Positions 29,180 through 43,010 are shown, numbered from the stretch's first letter. The stretch is DNA of 64,000 nucleotides from Dictyostelium discoideum (GCA_000004695.1 CM000150.2:4256001-4320000), one strand, 5' to 3'. The notes: generated by a model not told the origin, from the letters alone. Numbers and translations: made by a program.

Positions 29180-32100
29180 ATGATTACATCAAATAATAAT
29201 AATAAAAATAATAATAAAAAAGATGTAGAGATGAAATCAAACGAAGAAGAAGGAGATGAAATTTTTTTTTCAATATTGAGTGGTGATACAAACAATTTAT
29301 TTAAATTTTTAAATAATAATAATAGTAATAATAATAATAATAACAACAACAACAATATAAATAATTCAATTGATATTTATTTACCATATATTATCGTTGG
29401 GATATTAGAAAAGAATAAAGATCTTTTAGATGAAGATGAAAACCTTAAAAAATTATTTTATTCACCAATTTATTCAAAATCTATTCATAATATAAATCAA
29501 TATCAATCATTAAACTTTGATCACATTAATGAATTTATAAAAGATCAAGTTAGAATTAGAAAGAAATTAAATCATGTATGTTTTAATTATTATTAATTCA
29601 AAAAATACATATTTCAAATATGTATTAATAAAAATTTTTATTTTATTTTTTTTATTTTTTTATTTTTATTTTTATTTTTTTTAATTTTAATTAGGTAAAT
29701 CAAGATAAAAAAGATACTTATTTAGATAATATTGATAACCCAAAATATCAATTTGAAAATGGAGATAAAGAGGTTAAAATGAAATTGGTTTTATCAGATA
29801 TCATTGCTTTATTAGAATTTTCAGAGATGCAACAATCATTAACAATTTCAAAAGAAACAAAATATGATGCCCCATTTATAGATACCCCAATTTATAATAA
29901 TGAATTAAATTTAATTTTTCCAATTATATGTTATAAATGTTTAAAACATATTGATTTTAATGTTTGTACTTTCTTTTATTACTATTATTAGTAATTATTT
30001 TTTATAAAAAAAAAAAAAAAAAAAAAAAAAGAAAAATAAAAAAAAAATATTAACTTTTTATTTTTTTATTTTTTTTTTAAGAAATTAACTTTATCAATAT
30101 TATTTTTAAATCAAGCAAATTATCTTATTAAATTATTACTATCAAATAATCCAAATGAATTCAATGAAATTATTGAGATTGTAATTTCAAGTATAGGATT
30201 AATTGGTGTTGAAAAGGTTAAAAGAGTATTACTTGAAATTTGTAAACTTTCAAAATATTGTAGTAGATTCATTAGAACCGAATTAATTAATAGACAAATG
30301 TTACCAGATTTAGTATTATTAATAACAAGTCAATTTGTAAAGGATGAAATTGATTTATTAAGTAATATCATTTCAAATCGTATAGAGAATCAATGGTTAA
30401 AAGAATACATTTCACAAAAGGATCAATTTTCAACTTTTAATGAAATTAGAGATAGTTTATTTTCAACTTTAGAATTAATTTCAAAAGAAATATCATCAAA
30501 TAGTAATAATAATAGTAATAATTTAGAACATTCATTCATTGTAAAATCTATAATAAGATTATATTGTGGATTTAGTGGCTTATTAGGTATAAAAATGAAT
30601 CAACAAGAAATTTCAATCTCTTTATCTTTTATAGAAAAATCAATTTTTAAAAAGTATAATTCATATATATATAGTTAATTTCATATAAAAAAAAAAAATT
30701 ATTTATTATATATTAATTTTTTTTATTTTTATTTTTTATTTTTTTATTTTTTTTTTTTTTATTTATTTTATTAAAAAAAAAAAAAAAAAAAAAAAAGTTA
30801 TTCAAAAATATTTTTATGTTTTTTATTAGTTTGTGAAGGATTAGTAAAGACAATACATCCAAAGAAAGAATTAGTTGGATATTTAAATCATCTTTGTAAA
30901 GTTGGAAATTGTGATGAATTGTTATTATTAATTTCAATTTATTTTCATACACATCAATTACAGAATATAGCATTATTAGTAAAGAATATTTTAGGATTTA
31001 GACCATCGATTCATACTGAATCATTGAATCAAATTGGGGAGATTTTAACCAAAGAAATCTATACTGAATCATTGGTAGCTAAAAGAGCACAACAATTACC
31101 AATCATTGAAAAGTTAAATACAAATCATCAAAATATTTCAATAGTTTGTGTTTATCATTTATTATCAGAGAGAATCTTTGAAAAGTATGAAACTGATGTT
31201 GGTAATTGGTGTTGGTCACAATTAACTAAATCTTCAACACCAATTCATTATTTATTACCATCATTATTAGATCAACTTTGTAAAAATATAATTGAACCTT
31301 CAATTAATAATAATAATACATCTTCAACAACTTCAATTATAAATACATCAACTACAGCAGCAGCAGCATCAACAACAGCATCAAATGCAAATACAACAGC
31401 AGCAACAACTACAACAACAACAGCAGCAACAATCACAACAGCAACAACAACAGGTACAACAACAGGTATATCACCATCATCATCAACAACAACTACTTCA
31501 AGTACAGGAGGAGCAACATCAACATCGATATCATCACCAAATTCAACATCTTTAGGAAATTCATATTTATTTTCAACATTTTCATCAACATCATCATCAT
31601 CATCATCAGGGTTACCATTTTATATGAAAAGAATATCGGAATCAATTATAATGAATTCAATACAACAATCACAATCAAATTTATCAGTTCAAATATTAAT
31701 TATTTACTTTGTTTTAAGATATAATGATTCAGTTATAAAGTTTAAGAGTGAACAAAAGGGTAAACCAATTCAATTCCTTATAGAGACAACACAACTTAGA
31801 GAATATAATATTGAATTTTTATCGAAATTACCAATTCAAAATTGTATAAACGTTATATTATCAAATCAATCTGATTACTTTTACATTATACCACCTTTTC
31901 TTTATTTAATTTTATCACAATTTCCACAATTTTTTAATATTAATTTATTATTATTAGAAGAAGAAAGATTATTAAATCCAATTGAAAAGTTTATTTATTT
32001 GCCAAATTTTTATTCAATTAATGGTGGTGCTAATAATAATAGTGGTGGTATAACAAATGAATTTTTAAAAGATACTTTAAAAAGAACATTATCACAACCA

Positions 32101-33651
32101 ACATCAGTACAATTAATTTTAAGATATTTAAATACATTATCAGTTAAAGAATTATTACCATTTACAACAACTTTATTAGATAATTTATTACCAATTATTA
32201 TTAAAAATAGATCTTTACCTTCAGTTTCTGCTTTAATTTCACCATTTGTTGAAATTTGGGAAAGAGTTTTCCCAATTTCTCAATCATCAATTGCATTAAA
32301 AACAATTAATATTTTAACATGTATAAATGATGATAAAAGTACAAATAATAATAAAGATTTAGAAGATTATAATAACAATAATAATAATAATAATGATGAT
32401 GTTAAAATGAAAGATAAAGAAAAAGAAGATAAAGAAGAAGAAGAAGAAGAAGAAATATTATTACCAATTTCAAATTATACCTATACAGATATTATTTCAG
32501 ATCCATTAGTAATTTTTAGAAGTCATCCAACTGTATTTACATGTCCACCATTATTTAAAATTTTATTACAAATTTTATTCTTTTATATGGTTTCTTCAAA
32601 AAAGAATTTACAAAATCAATTACATACTAGTAGTGGTAGTGGTAGTGGCACAACAAGTAATGTTACATTAAATAAACAACAACAAGAAGATGTTTCAACA
32701 TTAATTTTAACACAAGAATCAACAATAATTCAAATATTATTAGAGATTTGTTTAATTGATGGAATTGATACAAAAGGTTTAAATAAGATATTAAGAAATA
32801 AGAATAAAAAGTTTAAAGAATCATATGATCCTGTTGACATTGAAGAGATTAGATGTCAAATTTGTAGTTTTATTCATCAAATGTTTATTGATAAACCATT
32901 GATAATTAAATTGGTACATTTCCAAGGCTATTTATCACAACTATTACCAATTACAGTTACATTGATACCAAGTATGCATATTTGTTTCGAATTTATACCA
33001 GAGCTATTAGCACAACCCTCATTGGAGAAACAAATATTCGCAATTCAATTACTATCTTATTTATCAGAGAAATTCCCAATTCCAAAGAGTTTGAAAATTT
33101 GTAGACAATCTCAAACTAGAATCTCTTTTAATTTAAATAGTAATACATTATCCTATGATGATAGAATTAAATTCTTACATTCAATCCTACCATCAATAAC
33201 TAGAATCACTAAAACCTTTCCTTTATTAGCCGAAGATTTCGTTTCAATCCTTATGGAACAATTACCAAACAAACATAATTATCAACAAAATTTAAAATCT
33301 TTTATATCATCAATTGATTTTAATTTAAATTCAAATTTAAATAATTATACGAATTCAATTTATTTACAAAATAATAAGAATAATAATAACTCAAGTAATA
33401 ATAATAATTCAAATAATCAAAATGATTTATTAAATATTGATATTGATAATAATATTAATAGTAATAATAATAATAATTTAAGAAATATAAACTTTAAAAA
33501 AGTTTCAAATGATGATAAATCATTCTTTAGTAAAGTTTCTAAAAATGAATCTTGGCTTTCCATAAAAGAGAATAATGACCCATTTAATATTCCAATTGAA
33601 CAAGAAATTCATCAAGCAATTCAAATAATAATTAAAAACCTTTCAAAATAA
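29180..33651 (+). CDS. ints2: Integrator complex subunit 2 (INTS2) homolog in four exons, 29180..29575, 29695..29961, 30082..30652 and 30830..33651, giving about 1350 aa.
   Basis: The C-terminal exon contains QILLEICLIDGID...IRCQICSFIHQMFIDKPLIIKLVHFQGYLSQLLPITVTLIPSMHICFEFIPELLAQPSLEKQIFAIQLLSYLSE..PIPKSLKI. I recognise this as the conserved INTS2 C-terminal block (..LVHFQGY..LLPLTV..IPSMHICLDFIPELIAQPELEKQIFAIQLLS..). Donors are at 29576 (GTATGT), 29962 (GTTTGT, weak) and 30653 (GTATAA, phase 1). Acceptors are at 29693-29694, 30080-30081 and 30828-30829. Low-complexity S/T/N inserts are present. Confidence 0.75.
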
Positions 33652-33929
33652 TAATAATTTTAGTAAAAAAAAAAAAAAAAATAAAAAAAAAAATAATAAA
33701 AAAAAGATAAAAAATAGATTATTTTGTTTTTATTTTTGTTTTTTTATTTTTAATTTTATTTTTTATTTTCACATTTTTTTAATGTGTTGGCGTTTAATTT
33801 TTTATAGTTTTTTTTTTTTTTTTTTTTTCTTTCCATTTATTTTTTTATTTATTTTTTTATTTATTTTTTTATTTTTTTTTTATTTTTTTTGGGCTGCCAT
33901 CTAGTCTCATAGTTATAATAATAGTAAAA

Positions 33930-34114
33930 ATGGCAGATGATTTAATTGATAATCCTTTAAAATTTATGAGGAGAGAAGAAATAAAGAAAGCGAAAAAAGA
34001 AGCAACAAAGAAAGCTGCAATAATGACAAGAGGACAATCAACAATTACCTCATTCATGTCAAGTGGTAATTCACCACCATCAACTAATAAACAACGTCAG
34101 CCAATATCCAATAT

Positions 34115-34185
<71 letters not shown>

Positions 34186-35399
34186 ATAGTAGATTTAGAA
34201 GTAATGGATCATTAAGATCACCACCTTCCTCACCACCTAATGATTGGAAATCAAAACCTGAACATCCAGCAAAGAGAACCATTATATCAAATGGTAGACC
34301 TCCACCAACATCTTCAATTAGAAAACCTCCATCATCATCATCATCTTTATCAAGTAATACAATACCTCCAAAACCAACTTCATCAACTTTAAAAAAGAAA
34401 TCATCAGCTACAACTACAACTACAACATCAACTACAGCAACAGAGAAATCAAATAAAAGAAAAACAATGGATACAAAATCTGATATAGAATCAGAATCTG
34501 ATTATATTTTACCAAAAGGTTCTAAAAAACTATATAACATTTCATTAGATGATTTATTAAAAGAAAAGATTGAAAAAGGTTCATTTCAAGAAAATATCGA
34601 TACTGATAAAATGTTATTCGTTGATGATCCAACTTTAAAAACAAGTAAAATTAAAGATGATTCAAAAATTGATGTAAATTCATTATTAGGAAAAGGTCAT
34701 GATTTTGATGAGAATGCAATTAATCAATTATCAAATGTAAGAATAATAAATAATAAATAATAATAAATAATAATAAATAATGCTAATAATACTAATAATT
34801 ATTATTTATTTTTATTTTTATTTCTATTTTTAGTTATATACTACACAAGATTTATTTTTAGAGAATTCATATCAAAATTGTATAGATACAGATAAACCAA
34901 TACCAAATGTAATCGATTTGAAAATGACCAAAAGTGATCTTTTAAAATATCCAATTTTACAAGTTATTGGAGATTCTGTTGATTTTGCCCTATTAAATAC
35001 TTTACAATGTATGCTCGAAATATCTTCAATTGAAAATTTACCACCAGTTTTCATTCATTATATATTTTCAAATCGTATGTATATTCATCATTATATATAT
35101 ATATATATATATGTTAATAAATATACTAACATATATTATAAATATATATATAGTTTGTTATGAACAAAATGATTTATTAGTTTCACAATCATTTGAATTA
35201 TTAAAATCAGTTAGTAAAAAAATATTTAATTCAAATCATTTTAATGTTGGTGGTGATAAGATTTCAAATACTTTTTTAACATTTAATGATTATATTAGTG
35301 TTTTTAAAAGTTATAATATTGATATTGATTTCGATACAATAAATTATTTTAATGATACTTCAAAATCATTCTCTTCAATTCCTAAAACAAATAGTAAGT

Positions 35400-35439
<40 letters not shown>

Positions 35440-36995
35440 TTAAAATAATACTCTCACTTACTAACTAATTACTTTTTTTTATTATTATTATTTTTAGTTA
35501 GTAAAAATTTCCCATCAATTAATTTATATAAAATTTTAGAATTATTGAAAATATCAATTGAAAAACAAAGTTTTAACATTTATCAAATTAAAAAATTAAT
35601 TAAAATTATTATAACATTATCATTGGATTCAAAATATTCACCAAAGATACCAATGAATCAAAATAATGTTACACCATCAGATGGAAAGAATGGATCACCA
35701 TCTTTTTTAACATCAATTCAAACTTTATCAAAAGATCAAATTACAAGTGAAACTAAATTAATGAATTGTATAACATTAATGAAATCAATTGTAACTCTTT
35801 TATTAAATCAATATTTTGATGAAAATAATCATTTAAAAGAATTTCAATTAAAAAAGAATAATAATAGCAGCAGCAGCAGCAAGAAGAATTTAGATAACGA
35901 TATTGATAATGATTCTGATATTGATATTGATATGGATAGGGATGATGGTATAGATTATAATTTTCAATTTAATTTAATTGAAACTATGGTAGAATTATTT
36001 GAAGAGATAATTTCAGTTGTTGGTGATAAATTTAAATTTAGCTTATATACAAAGATTGCAAAATTTTTACCAACAAATACAAAATATAGAATTCATGAAC
36101 GTTTCTCTTTATTTTGTATTTTTAAAATATTAGAACATAGTAAATCTTTAAAAAAGAAAGAAAAATCGAAAAAAGATAAAAAGAAATCAAAGAAATCAAA
36201 GAAATCAAAGAAATTATCACCTGAAAATGAAAATGAAAATGAAAATGAAAATGAAAATGAAAATGAAAATGATAGTGATATTGAACAAAAAGAAAAAAAA
36301 AAAGAAAAAGAAAAAGAAAAAGAAAAAGAAAAAGAAAAAGAAAAAGAAAAAGAAATGGAGAAAGGTTTTGATATGATATCAGTTGAAATATCTGCAAAAG
36401 ATATACCATCAGTGGTATCACCAACAACAACTACAACAACATCAACAACATCATCATTATCTCCATCAGACTCACCATTATTAACAACTACAACGTCAAC
36501 TTCTACAACGACATCAACAAATGAAATTATTATTGAATTTTTAAAATCAAATGATATTTTAAGCTCATTAATTAAAATGATTGAACCATATGTTTTAAGA
36601 ATTAAACAAAATGATTGTGTAATTTTAATGGTAAATCTTGTTCAATTAGTCAGTATTGCTATTGATAGTGTTTCTGAAATTAGAAAACATGCTTCAGAGA
36701 TTGGTTCTGTCATTAGAAATTGGAATGGAAATATTAGAGAACCTGAAAATATTGATTTTAATAAATCAAGAGTAATCTATTTTTTTTTTTTTTTTTTTTT
36801 TTTTTAATAGATTAAAGATACATTTTTTAATCAGCCAATTAAAAAATTAATTTACTAACTTTTTTTTTTTTTTATTTTTTTTTTTAATAGATTAAAGATA
36901 CATTAGTTTTAATTCAAAGCAAAATATCTGGTTTAGTTATAAAACCAACTGACACAATTGAATGTTATTTCGATAGAATTAAGAAGATTAATTAA
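33930..36995 (+). CDS. Hypothetical Ser-rich protein of about 890 aa in five exons: 33930..34736, 34834..35074, 35154..35393, 35498..36771 and 36891..36995.
   Basis: All junctions are in phase. Donors are GTAAGA at 34737, GTATGT at 35075 (phase 1), GTAAGT at 35394 (phase 1) and GTAATC at 36772. Acceptors are at 34832-34833, 35152-35153, 35496-35497 and 36889-36890. TACTAAC branch-point heptamers lie 25-40 nt upstream of three of the acceptors. The coding sequence includes poly-Ser encoded by (AGT)n, a KEKEKEKE/ENENEN block and an acidic patch. I recognised no family. Confidence 0.55.
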
Positions 36996-37248
36996 TAATA
37001 AAATTTTAATTATAATCACGGGATTAAATTTTATTTTTTTTATTTTATTTTATTTTATTTTATTTTATTTTATTTTATTTTATTTTATTTTGTTTTATTT
37101 TATTTTATTCCAATAAAAAGGAGAAAAAAATAAAATGAAAATTAAAAGGAAGGAAAGAAATAATATTATATTAATATTAATAATATATATAGTAGTAGCC
37201 TAAAATTGTCTATACTAAATTTTTTTTTTTTTTTTATAGTTAAATTTT

Positions 37249-37282
<34 letters not shown>

Positions 37283-37862
37283 TTGATTTCTTTGAAAAAT
37301 AAGCTTATTTTTCAATTTTAAATTATAATGGCCAATAACGCCACATTGACACATATGAATTTTTTGATTTGAATAACGGTTTCGTTTCATTTCAGCAAAA
37401 TAGGAGAATTTTTAAAAAAAAAAAATAAAAAAAATGAGAAAAAATAATTAAAAATTTAATTCTTAAATTTTTCCCCCTGATTTTTCCTATTGTTTTTATA
37501 AAAAAAAAAAAATAAAAAAATAAATTTTTTTATCAATTATTTTCACATACACACCCACTCAACAACAATAATAAAAATAATTATTATTATTTAGCTTTTA
37601 GAAAATAAACAAATAAATAAAAAAAATAATAAACTGATCTGTTTATTTAATTTTTTTTTTTTTTTCAATACCAAGTTTCTGTGAATTTTATATATGAATA
37701 ATTTACAATTAATTTTTAAATTAATTAAATTTTATAAAGACTATAGATAACATCTGTCAATTTTCAAATCAAATAAATAATAAATAAATAAATAAATTAA
37801 TAAATAAATAAATAATAAAAGAAATAAAGAAAACATTTCAATAATAAAAGGAATATTTAAGA

Positions 37863-39737
37863 ATGGATGAAGAAGATTCTTACTCTCAATCTCAAGAATT
37901 AGAAGTTTTAAAATCAATCTATGGTGATGATTTTTTCTCTCAAATGGAATATTATGAAAATGATATTCATAACCATAGTAATGAAAATTATAGTAGTGGT
38001 TGTAGTGGAAGTGAAGATGAAGATTTAGAAGATAAACATTCTCAAAACAAAACTTCAACTACAACTACAACCACTACCACCACAACAACAACTACAACAA
38101 CAACAACAACTACTACTACAACTTCATCATATAATGATGATGATAATAATAATAACTATAATGATTATGAAGATGATGATGATGATGATAGTTTTGATGA
38201 AAAATATAAATATAACGTAAGTATTTTAAATAATAATGATAATAATAATAATATAATAATAATAATAATTATAAAATTAAATAATAATAATTATTATTTT
38301 TATTAACATTTTAAAAAAAAATAGATAAAAATTAAAATTGATTTACCAAATGAATATAAAATTAAAATTAAAGATGAAGAATTAGAATATCCAATAGTAT
38401 GTTTACCATCAATTAATCTTGGATTTATTTATCCAAAAGGATATCCAAGTAAAAGAGCACCAATCATTACATTATCATCATGTTGGTTAACATTGAAACA
38501 AATGAAATCATTATTGGATGAATTAATAAATAATCAATGGGAGTGTGGAGAATTGGTAATTTTTAAATATGTAGATTGGTTAAAAACAAATTTGGTCGAT
38601 TATTTAGGATTAAGAGAATCATTGACATTAGATGGTGAACCAATTGATTTCGAGAGTGAATTATGGGATCAAGGTGTATCATGGGATCATGAAGCTGATT
38701 GGCAATCGATGCAAAATGCAATTCCAATGTTAAGATCATACAATTCACATGAAGGTAAAAGAATATTTGATCAACAGTATCATTGTTGTTTAATTTGTGA
38801 TCATGAAGGTTGTGGTCAAACTGATTTCACTCAAATATCAACATGTGCTCATTTCACTTGTAATGAATGTATAGCTAGTATTATCAATGTAAATTTAAGT
38901 AGTGGTCAATTGGCATCAATTAAATGTCCAACACTTGGTTGTAAACAGTTGTTGGATCTTTCAATCATTAGAAAGTATGTTTCATCCGATCAAGATTACA
39001 ATAGATATCAAGATTATTTAAAACAACAAAGAGGTTTAGTAAAATGTTTAAGATGTCCTGATGGTTGGAGTTTTGTTGATAACTTAACAAGATCAACCTT
39101 TTGTTCAACTTGTTATTACTCATTTTGTTTATTTTGTCGTAATCAATTTCATCCTGGTGTAAATTGTGATGATAACAATGCAAAAAGAGGTGACAATAAT
39201 AATAGAATCGATAGAAATAATCCAACTGGTCTTGGTTTAATTAGAATTTGTCCAACTTGTGGTTGTTTAATTACCAAATCTGAAGGTTGTAATAAAATGA
39301 CTTGTTCAAATTGCTCAACTCGTTTTTGTTGGCTTTGTTTGAAAGCAAACATTGACTATAACCATTTCGGTTTACGTTGTGAACTCTTTCAATTCACCCC
39401 TTCAAGAATTAACCATGCCAATAGAATCGTTAACAGTGGTGTTGTCGATGCTACAACCGTTTGTAGATGTAAACAACTTCTTTATCGTCATTCAGGTTCA
39501 AATACAGTGGTTTGTCGTAATTGTGATGCTACCTATTGCTTCCTTTGTAAAACTAAAATTAAAGGTACAAGACATTTTATGAATAGTGATACTTGTACTC
39601 AAAATGGAAATCCTAAAACTTTTAAACCTGATAAATCTTATGTATTTTATAATTTATCAAATAATGAAACAATTACACCAGAAATTAAATCTAAAAAAGA
39701 TTATTATATTTTTGAAGGTTTAATTATAAAAAGATGA
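37863..39737 (+). CDS. RNF14/ARA54-like E3 ubiquitin ligase with an RWD domain and a RING1-IBR-RING2 (RBR) module, in two exons, 37863..38216 and 38325..39737.
   Basis: The N-terminus has the RWD signature (ELEVLKSIYGDDF ... LPSINLGFIYPKGYPSKRAPIITLSS). The C-terminus has three Cys-rich zinc modules: CCLICDHEG..CAHFTCNEC.., then CP..GC.., then C..C..C..CNKMTCSNCSTRFCWLC. The donor is GTAAGT at 38217, phase 0, and the acceptor is at 38323-38324. Exon 1 contains poly-Thr and acidic low-complexity sequence. Confidence 0.8.
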
Positions 39738-40111
39738 ATTATAATATTAATCAAATAAAAAATAAAAAAATAAAATAAATATAATAAAAATAAATTAAAT
39801 ATTATATAATATTAAATATTATACAATAAAAAAAAGTGAAAAAAAAATATTTTTTTTTTTTTTTTCTTTATTTAAAAAAAAAAAAAATTAACTTTCGGCT
39901 GTTTTTTTTTTATTTTCAAATAAATCAATCAATTTTTAAAAGAATTTGTGATTTTCACTTTTTTTTTTTTTTTTAACTTTTTTTTTTCTGATTTTTCAGA
40001 AAAAAAAAAAAAAAAGTATTTTTTTTTAATATTTAATCTCCTTTTTTTTTTTTTTTTCATTTTTAAAAACTTTAAAGCAAAAAAAAAAAACCAAATAAAT
40101 AAATAAATAAA

Positions 40112-40573
40112 ATGTCAATTACAGTAGCAAATCAACAAGAATTAAATGAAGCATTAGCAACCTTTAAAAATTCACAAAATGGTCATTGGTTACTTGTAAC
40201 TTATAAAACACCAACTCAATTACAATATAAAGCATCAGGTGAAGGTTTAGAAAGTTTAGCTGCCGAGTTGAACGATAAAGAAATTGCCTACTATTTAATT
40301 AGATTAGTTTATAATTCAAATGATGCCGGTTTCAAAGATGCTGTCATTGGTGAAGCTGCAAATACTAAAGATATCTATGTAAACTGGATTGGTAGTGGTG
40401 TTGGTATCATTGAAAAAGGTAAAAAGAAAACTCATTCTGGTGATGCTCAAGCTTTACTCTCCCCACATCATAGTACTTTAGTTCAAACAAGTAAAGATTT
40501 AAATGGTAACTTTACTGAAGCTATCATTAAAGATAGAAGTGGTCCATTATCTGGTTCTCATATTATTGATTAA
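40112..40573 (+). CDS. ADF-H domain protein, coactosin-like, 153 aa.
   Basis: It shows an ADF-H/coactosin pattern, HWLLVTYKTP...ASGEGLESLAAELNDKEIAYYLIRL...VNWIGSGV..EKGKKK, in a single exon. It is a paralog of the next gene. Confidence 0.65.
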   Translation: MSITVANQQELNEALATFKNSQNGHWLLVTYKTPTQLQYKASGEGLESLAAELNDKEIAYYLIRLVYNSNDAGFKDAVIGEAANTKDIYVNWIGSGVGIIEKGKKKTHSGDAQALLSPHHSTLVQTSKDLNGNFTEAIIKDRSGPLSGSHIID

Positions 40574-41044
40574 AAAAAAACAAAAAAAAACATAAACAAA
40601 AAAAAACAAACAATTATTTATTATAAACTTTTAAAAAAAAAAATTATTTATTATTTTATTTATAAAAATATATTTATATATTAAAAAAAAAAAAACATAA
40701 TTAATAAATATTAAATTAATCACGCCTTTTTTTATTTATTGTAAATTAATTTATTTATTTTTTCTAAACACTTTTTTTTTTTTTTTTTTTTTTTTAAAAT
40801 TTTATTTTATTTTAAAAACGAGTTCATCATTTTCAAATAATATTTTATACCCAACCCAAACTTAATTTTTTTTTTTTTTTTGATTTTAATTTTTTTTTTT
40901 TTAATTTTTGATCAATTTATTTTAAAAAAAAAAAAATCAACTGATTTTTAGACTTTTTTTTTTTTTTTATTTTTTTTATTATTATTTTATTTTATTTTTT
41001 TTTTTACCTTCAAACAAAAATAAATTTAAATTTCATTTATTAAA

Positions 41045-41503
41045 ATGGTCTCATTATCAAATCAACAAGAATTAAATAACGCACTTGAAAAATATAATGG
41101 CTCAGAAAATGGTCATTGGGTACTTTTAACTTATAAAACACCAACTCAATTACAATTTAAAACTTCAGGTGATGGTTTACAATCATTGGGTGCAGTATTA
41201 CAAGATAATGAAGTTGCTTACTATAAAATTAGATTAGAATATAATTCAAATGATGCTGGTTTCAAAGATGGTGTTATTGGTAACAAAGCAAATACAAAAG
41301 ATATTTTTGTAGCTTGGACTGGTCCATCTGTTGGTATCATTGAAAAAGGTAAAAAGAAATCTCATGTTGGTGATGCTAAAGCTTTCTTCCAACCATTCCA
41401 TTCTGAACTTACTCAAACTAGTAAAGATCCAAAAGGTAACTTTACTGAAGCAATCCTTAAAGATAGAAGTGGTCCATTATCTGGTTCTCATATTATTGAT
41501 TAA
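41045..41503 (+). CDS. ADF-H domain protein, coactosin-like, 152 aa, a tandem paralog of the gene at 40112.
   Basis: It is about 65% identical to the upstream copy (HWVLLTYKTPTQLQFKTSGDGLQSLGAVLQDNEVAYYKIRLEYNSNDAGFKDGVIG...DRSGPLSGSHIID). The C-terminal 20 residues are identical. Confidence 0.65.
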   Translation: MVSLSNQQELNNALEKYNGSENGHWVLLTYKTPTQLQFKTSGDGLQSLGAVLQDNEVAYYKIRLEYNSNDAGFKDGVIGNKANTKDIFVAWTGPSVGIIEKGKKKSHVGDAKAFFQPFHSELTQTSKDPKGNFTEAILKDRSGPLSGSHIID

Positions 41504-41731
41504 GAATTAAAAAAAAAAAAAATAATAATATATTATTTATTGAAAAAATAGCGAAAATAAATGTATAAGATAAAAATAAAATAAAATAAAATAAAAAAAT
41601 GTAAAATTTATAATAATTAATTAAAATTATTTTTATTTTTTTTTCATTTTAAGTTATATATATAAAAAAAAAGGAATATTTATAGAAAAAAAAAAAAATA
41701 TGTATTATTTGATTAAATTATTAAAATAATT

Positions 41732-42097
41732 TTAATTTATTAATTTTTTAGTTTCATCATCATTATCTTTGCCATTACTTTCAAGATCAACTTGATTTGG
41801 AATTACAAGAGTAAATAAATGAAGATTTTCTTGGTAATATTCCAAAACTGCTGGATTAAAATCAGCTATAGTTGTTTTGAAATATTTAAATATATTATTT
41901 CTTCTTTTTCTTTCAAAATTAGAAATTGTACCATCTGGATAATTCTTTTCTACAAATTTAGTAACTGCTTGGTTAATAGTTTCGAGAGTACAGTATTTTA
42001 ATAGCTTCATTCTTTCCAATGAATTTGCAGAATTTTTTGATTCAACAAATTTAGTCAATGTTAACTCTTGATAATATTCAAAAGTGTTATTATACAT
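41732..42097 (-). CDS. Hypothetical protein, 121 aa.
   Basis: A clean ORF with ordinary composition: MYNNTFEYYQELTLTKFVESKNSANSLERMKLLKYCTLETINQAVTKFVEKNYPDGT.... I recognised no family. Confidence 0.4.
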   Translation of the reverse strand: MYNNTFEYYQELTLTKFVESKNSANSLERMKLLKYCTLETINQAVTKFVEKNYPDGTISNFERKRRNNIFKYFKTTIADFNPAVLEYYQENLHLFTLVIPNQVDLESNGKDNDDETKKLIN

Positions 42098-42263
42098 TTC
42101 ATATTTCAGATCCTTGAAAATGAATAAAAATTTTATTACCGCAAATAAAATAAACTTTTTGATTAATGTTTTTTATAAAATAAAATAAAATTAAAAAAAA
42201 AAAGAAAAAAATGATATTGAAAATAAAAAAAAAAAATAATTTACAAAATCACTTTCAACTATG

Positions 42264-42274
42264 GGAATCGAACC
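42264..42274 (-). promoter_or_regulatory. External B box (ex-B, GGTTCGATTCC) about 40 bp downstream of tRNA-Val.
   Basis: A second B-box consensus lies just 3' of the tRNA on the minus strand, as described for many Dictyostelium tRNA genes. Confidence 0.6.
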
Positions 42275-42313
42275 GACGATTCTAATCATATGATTTTTAA
42301 AATCGATAGTTTG

Positions 42314-42387
42314 TATTCAGAGCGGGAATCGAACCCACGACCTAATCCGTGTTAAGGATTCGTGATAACCGACTACACCATCCGAAC
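42314..42387 (-). tRNA. tRNA-Val with anticodon AAC, 74 nt.
   Basis: The minus-strand sequence is GTTCGGATGGTGTAGTCGGTTATCACGAATCCTTAACACGGATTAGGTCGTGGGTTCGATTCCCGCTCTGAATA. The cloverleaf has a 7-bp acceptor stem with two G-U pairs, a D arm GTGT/TCAC, an anticodon stem AATCC/GGATT, a loop TTAACAC (anticodon AAC), a T arm GTGGG-TTCGATT-CCCGC and discriminator A. Confidence 0.85.
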
Positions 42388-42884
42388 AAATCGTTGAAAT
42401 TCAAAAAAAATAGCTTTTCCAATATTTTAATATTTTTTCCCCATAAATAATAATTCTAATAATAATAAAATAAAAAAAATAAATATAATTCAAAAAAAAA
42501 ACCATATTTTAATATTGCTTTCTTACAAAGAAATTTTGAATCATAAAATTATTTATATTTAAAATAATTATAAATTAAAATTAATTTTAATCAACCCACT
42601 TTTATTAATATAATTTATAATTAAAATAAAAAATTATCATACAAAAAACTCTTAAATTTAATATTTTAAGTGTGATACTAAGGTGACATAAAATAATGAA
42701 AGGTTAAATAATTTAATTAATTTTAAATTAATTTTTCAAATCAAAATAATCTCAATTTATATTGATATTATGATAATATTTTCTGAAAACATTATTAACA
42801 TGATTTTCAAAAAAAAAATTTTTAATCTATTTTTAAAAAGATATATAAATTTCCAAAAAAAATTTTTTTTTAAAACAATTCATG

Positions 42885-42919
<35 letters not shown>

Positions 42920-43010
42920 TTTCAAAATAAAAAATAGTTTGGTTATTTATTTTATTTTCTTAAAATTAATTAATAAAAAAACAAAAATAATAAAATATAA
43001 TTTAAGTAAA

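Noticed and set aside
42882-43010. An N-terminal 43-aa extension ([17 protein letters not shown]...) on the 43011 Ras ORF.
   Set aside because: It is translation of a poly-T promoter region. The conserved Ras N-terminus begins at the ATG at 43011.
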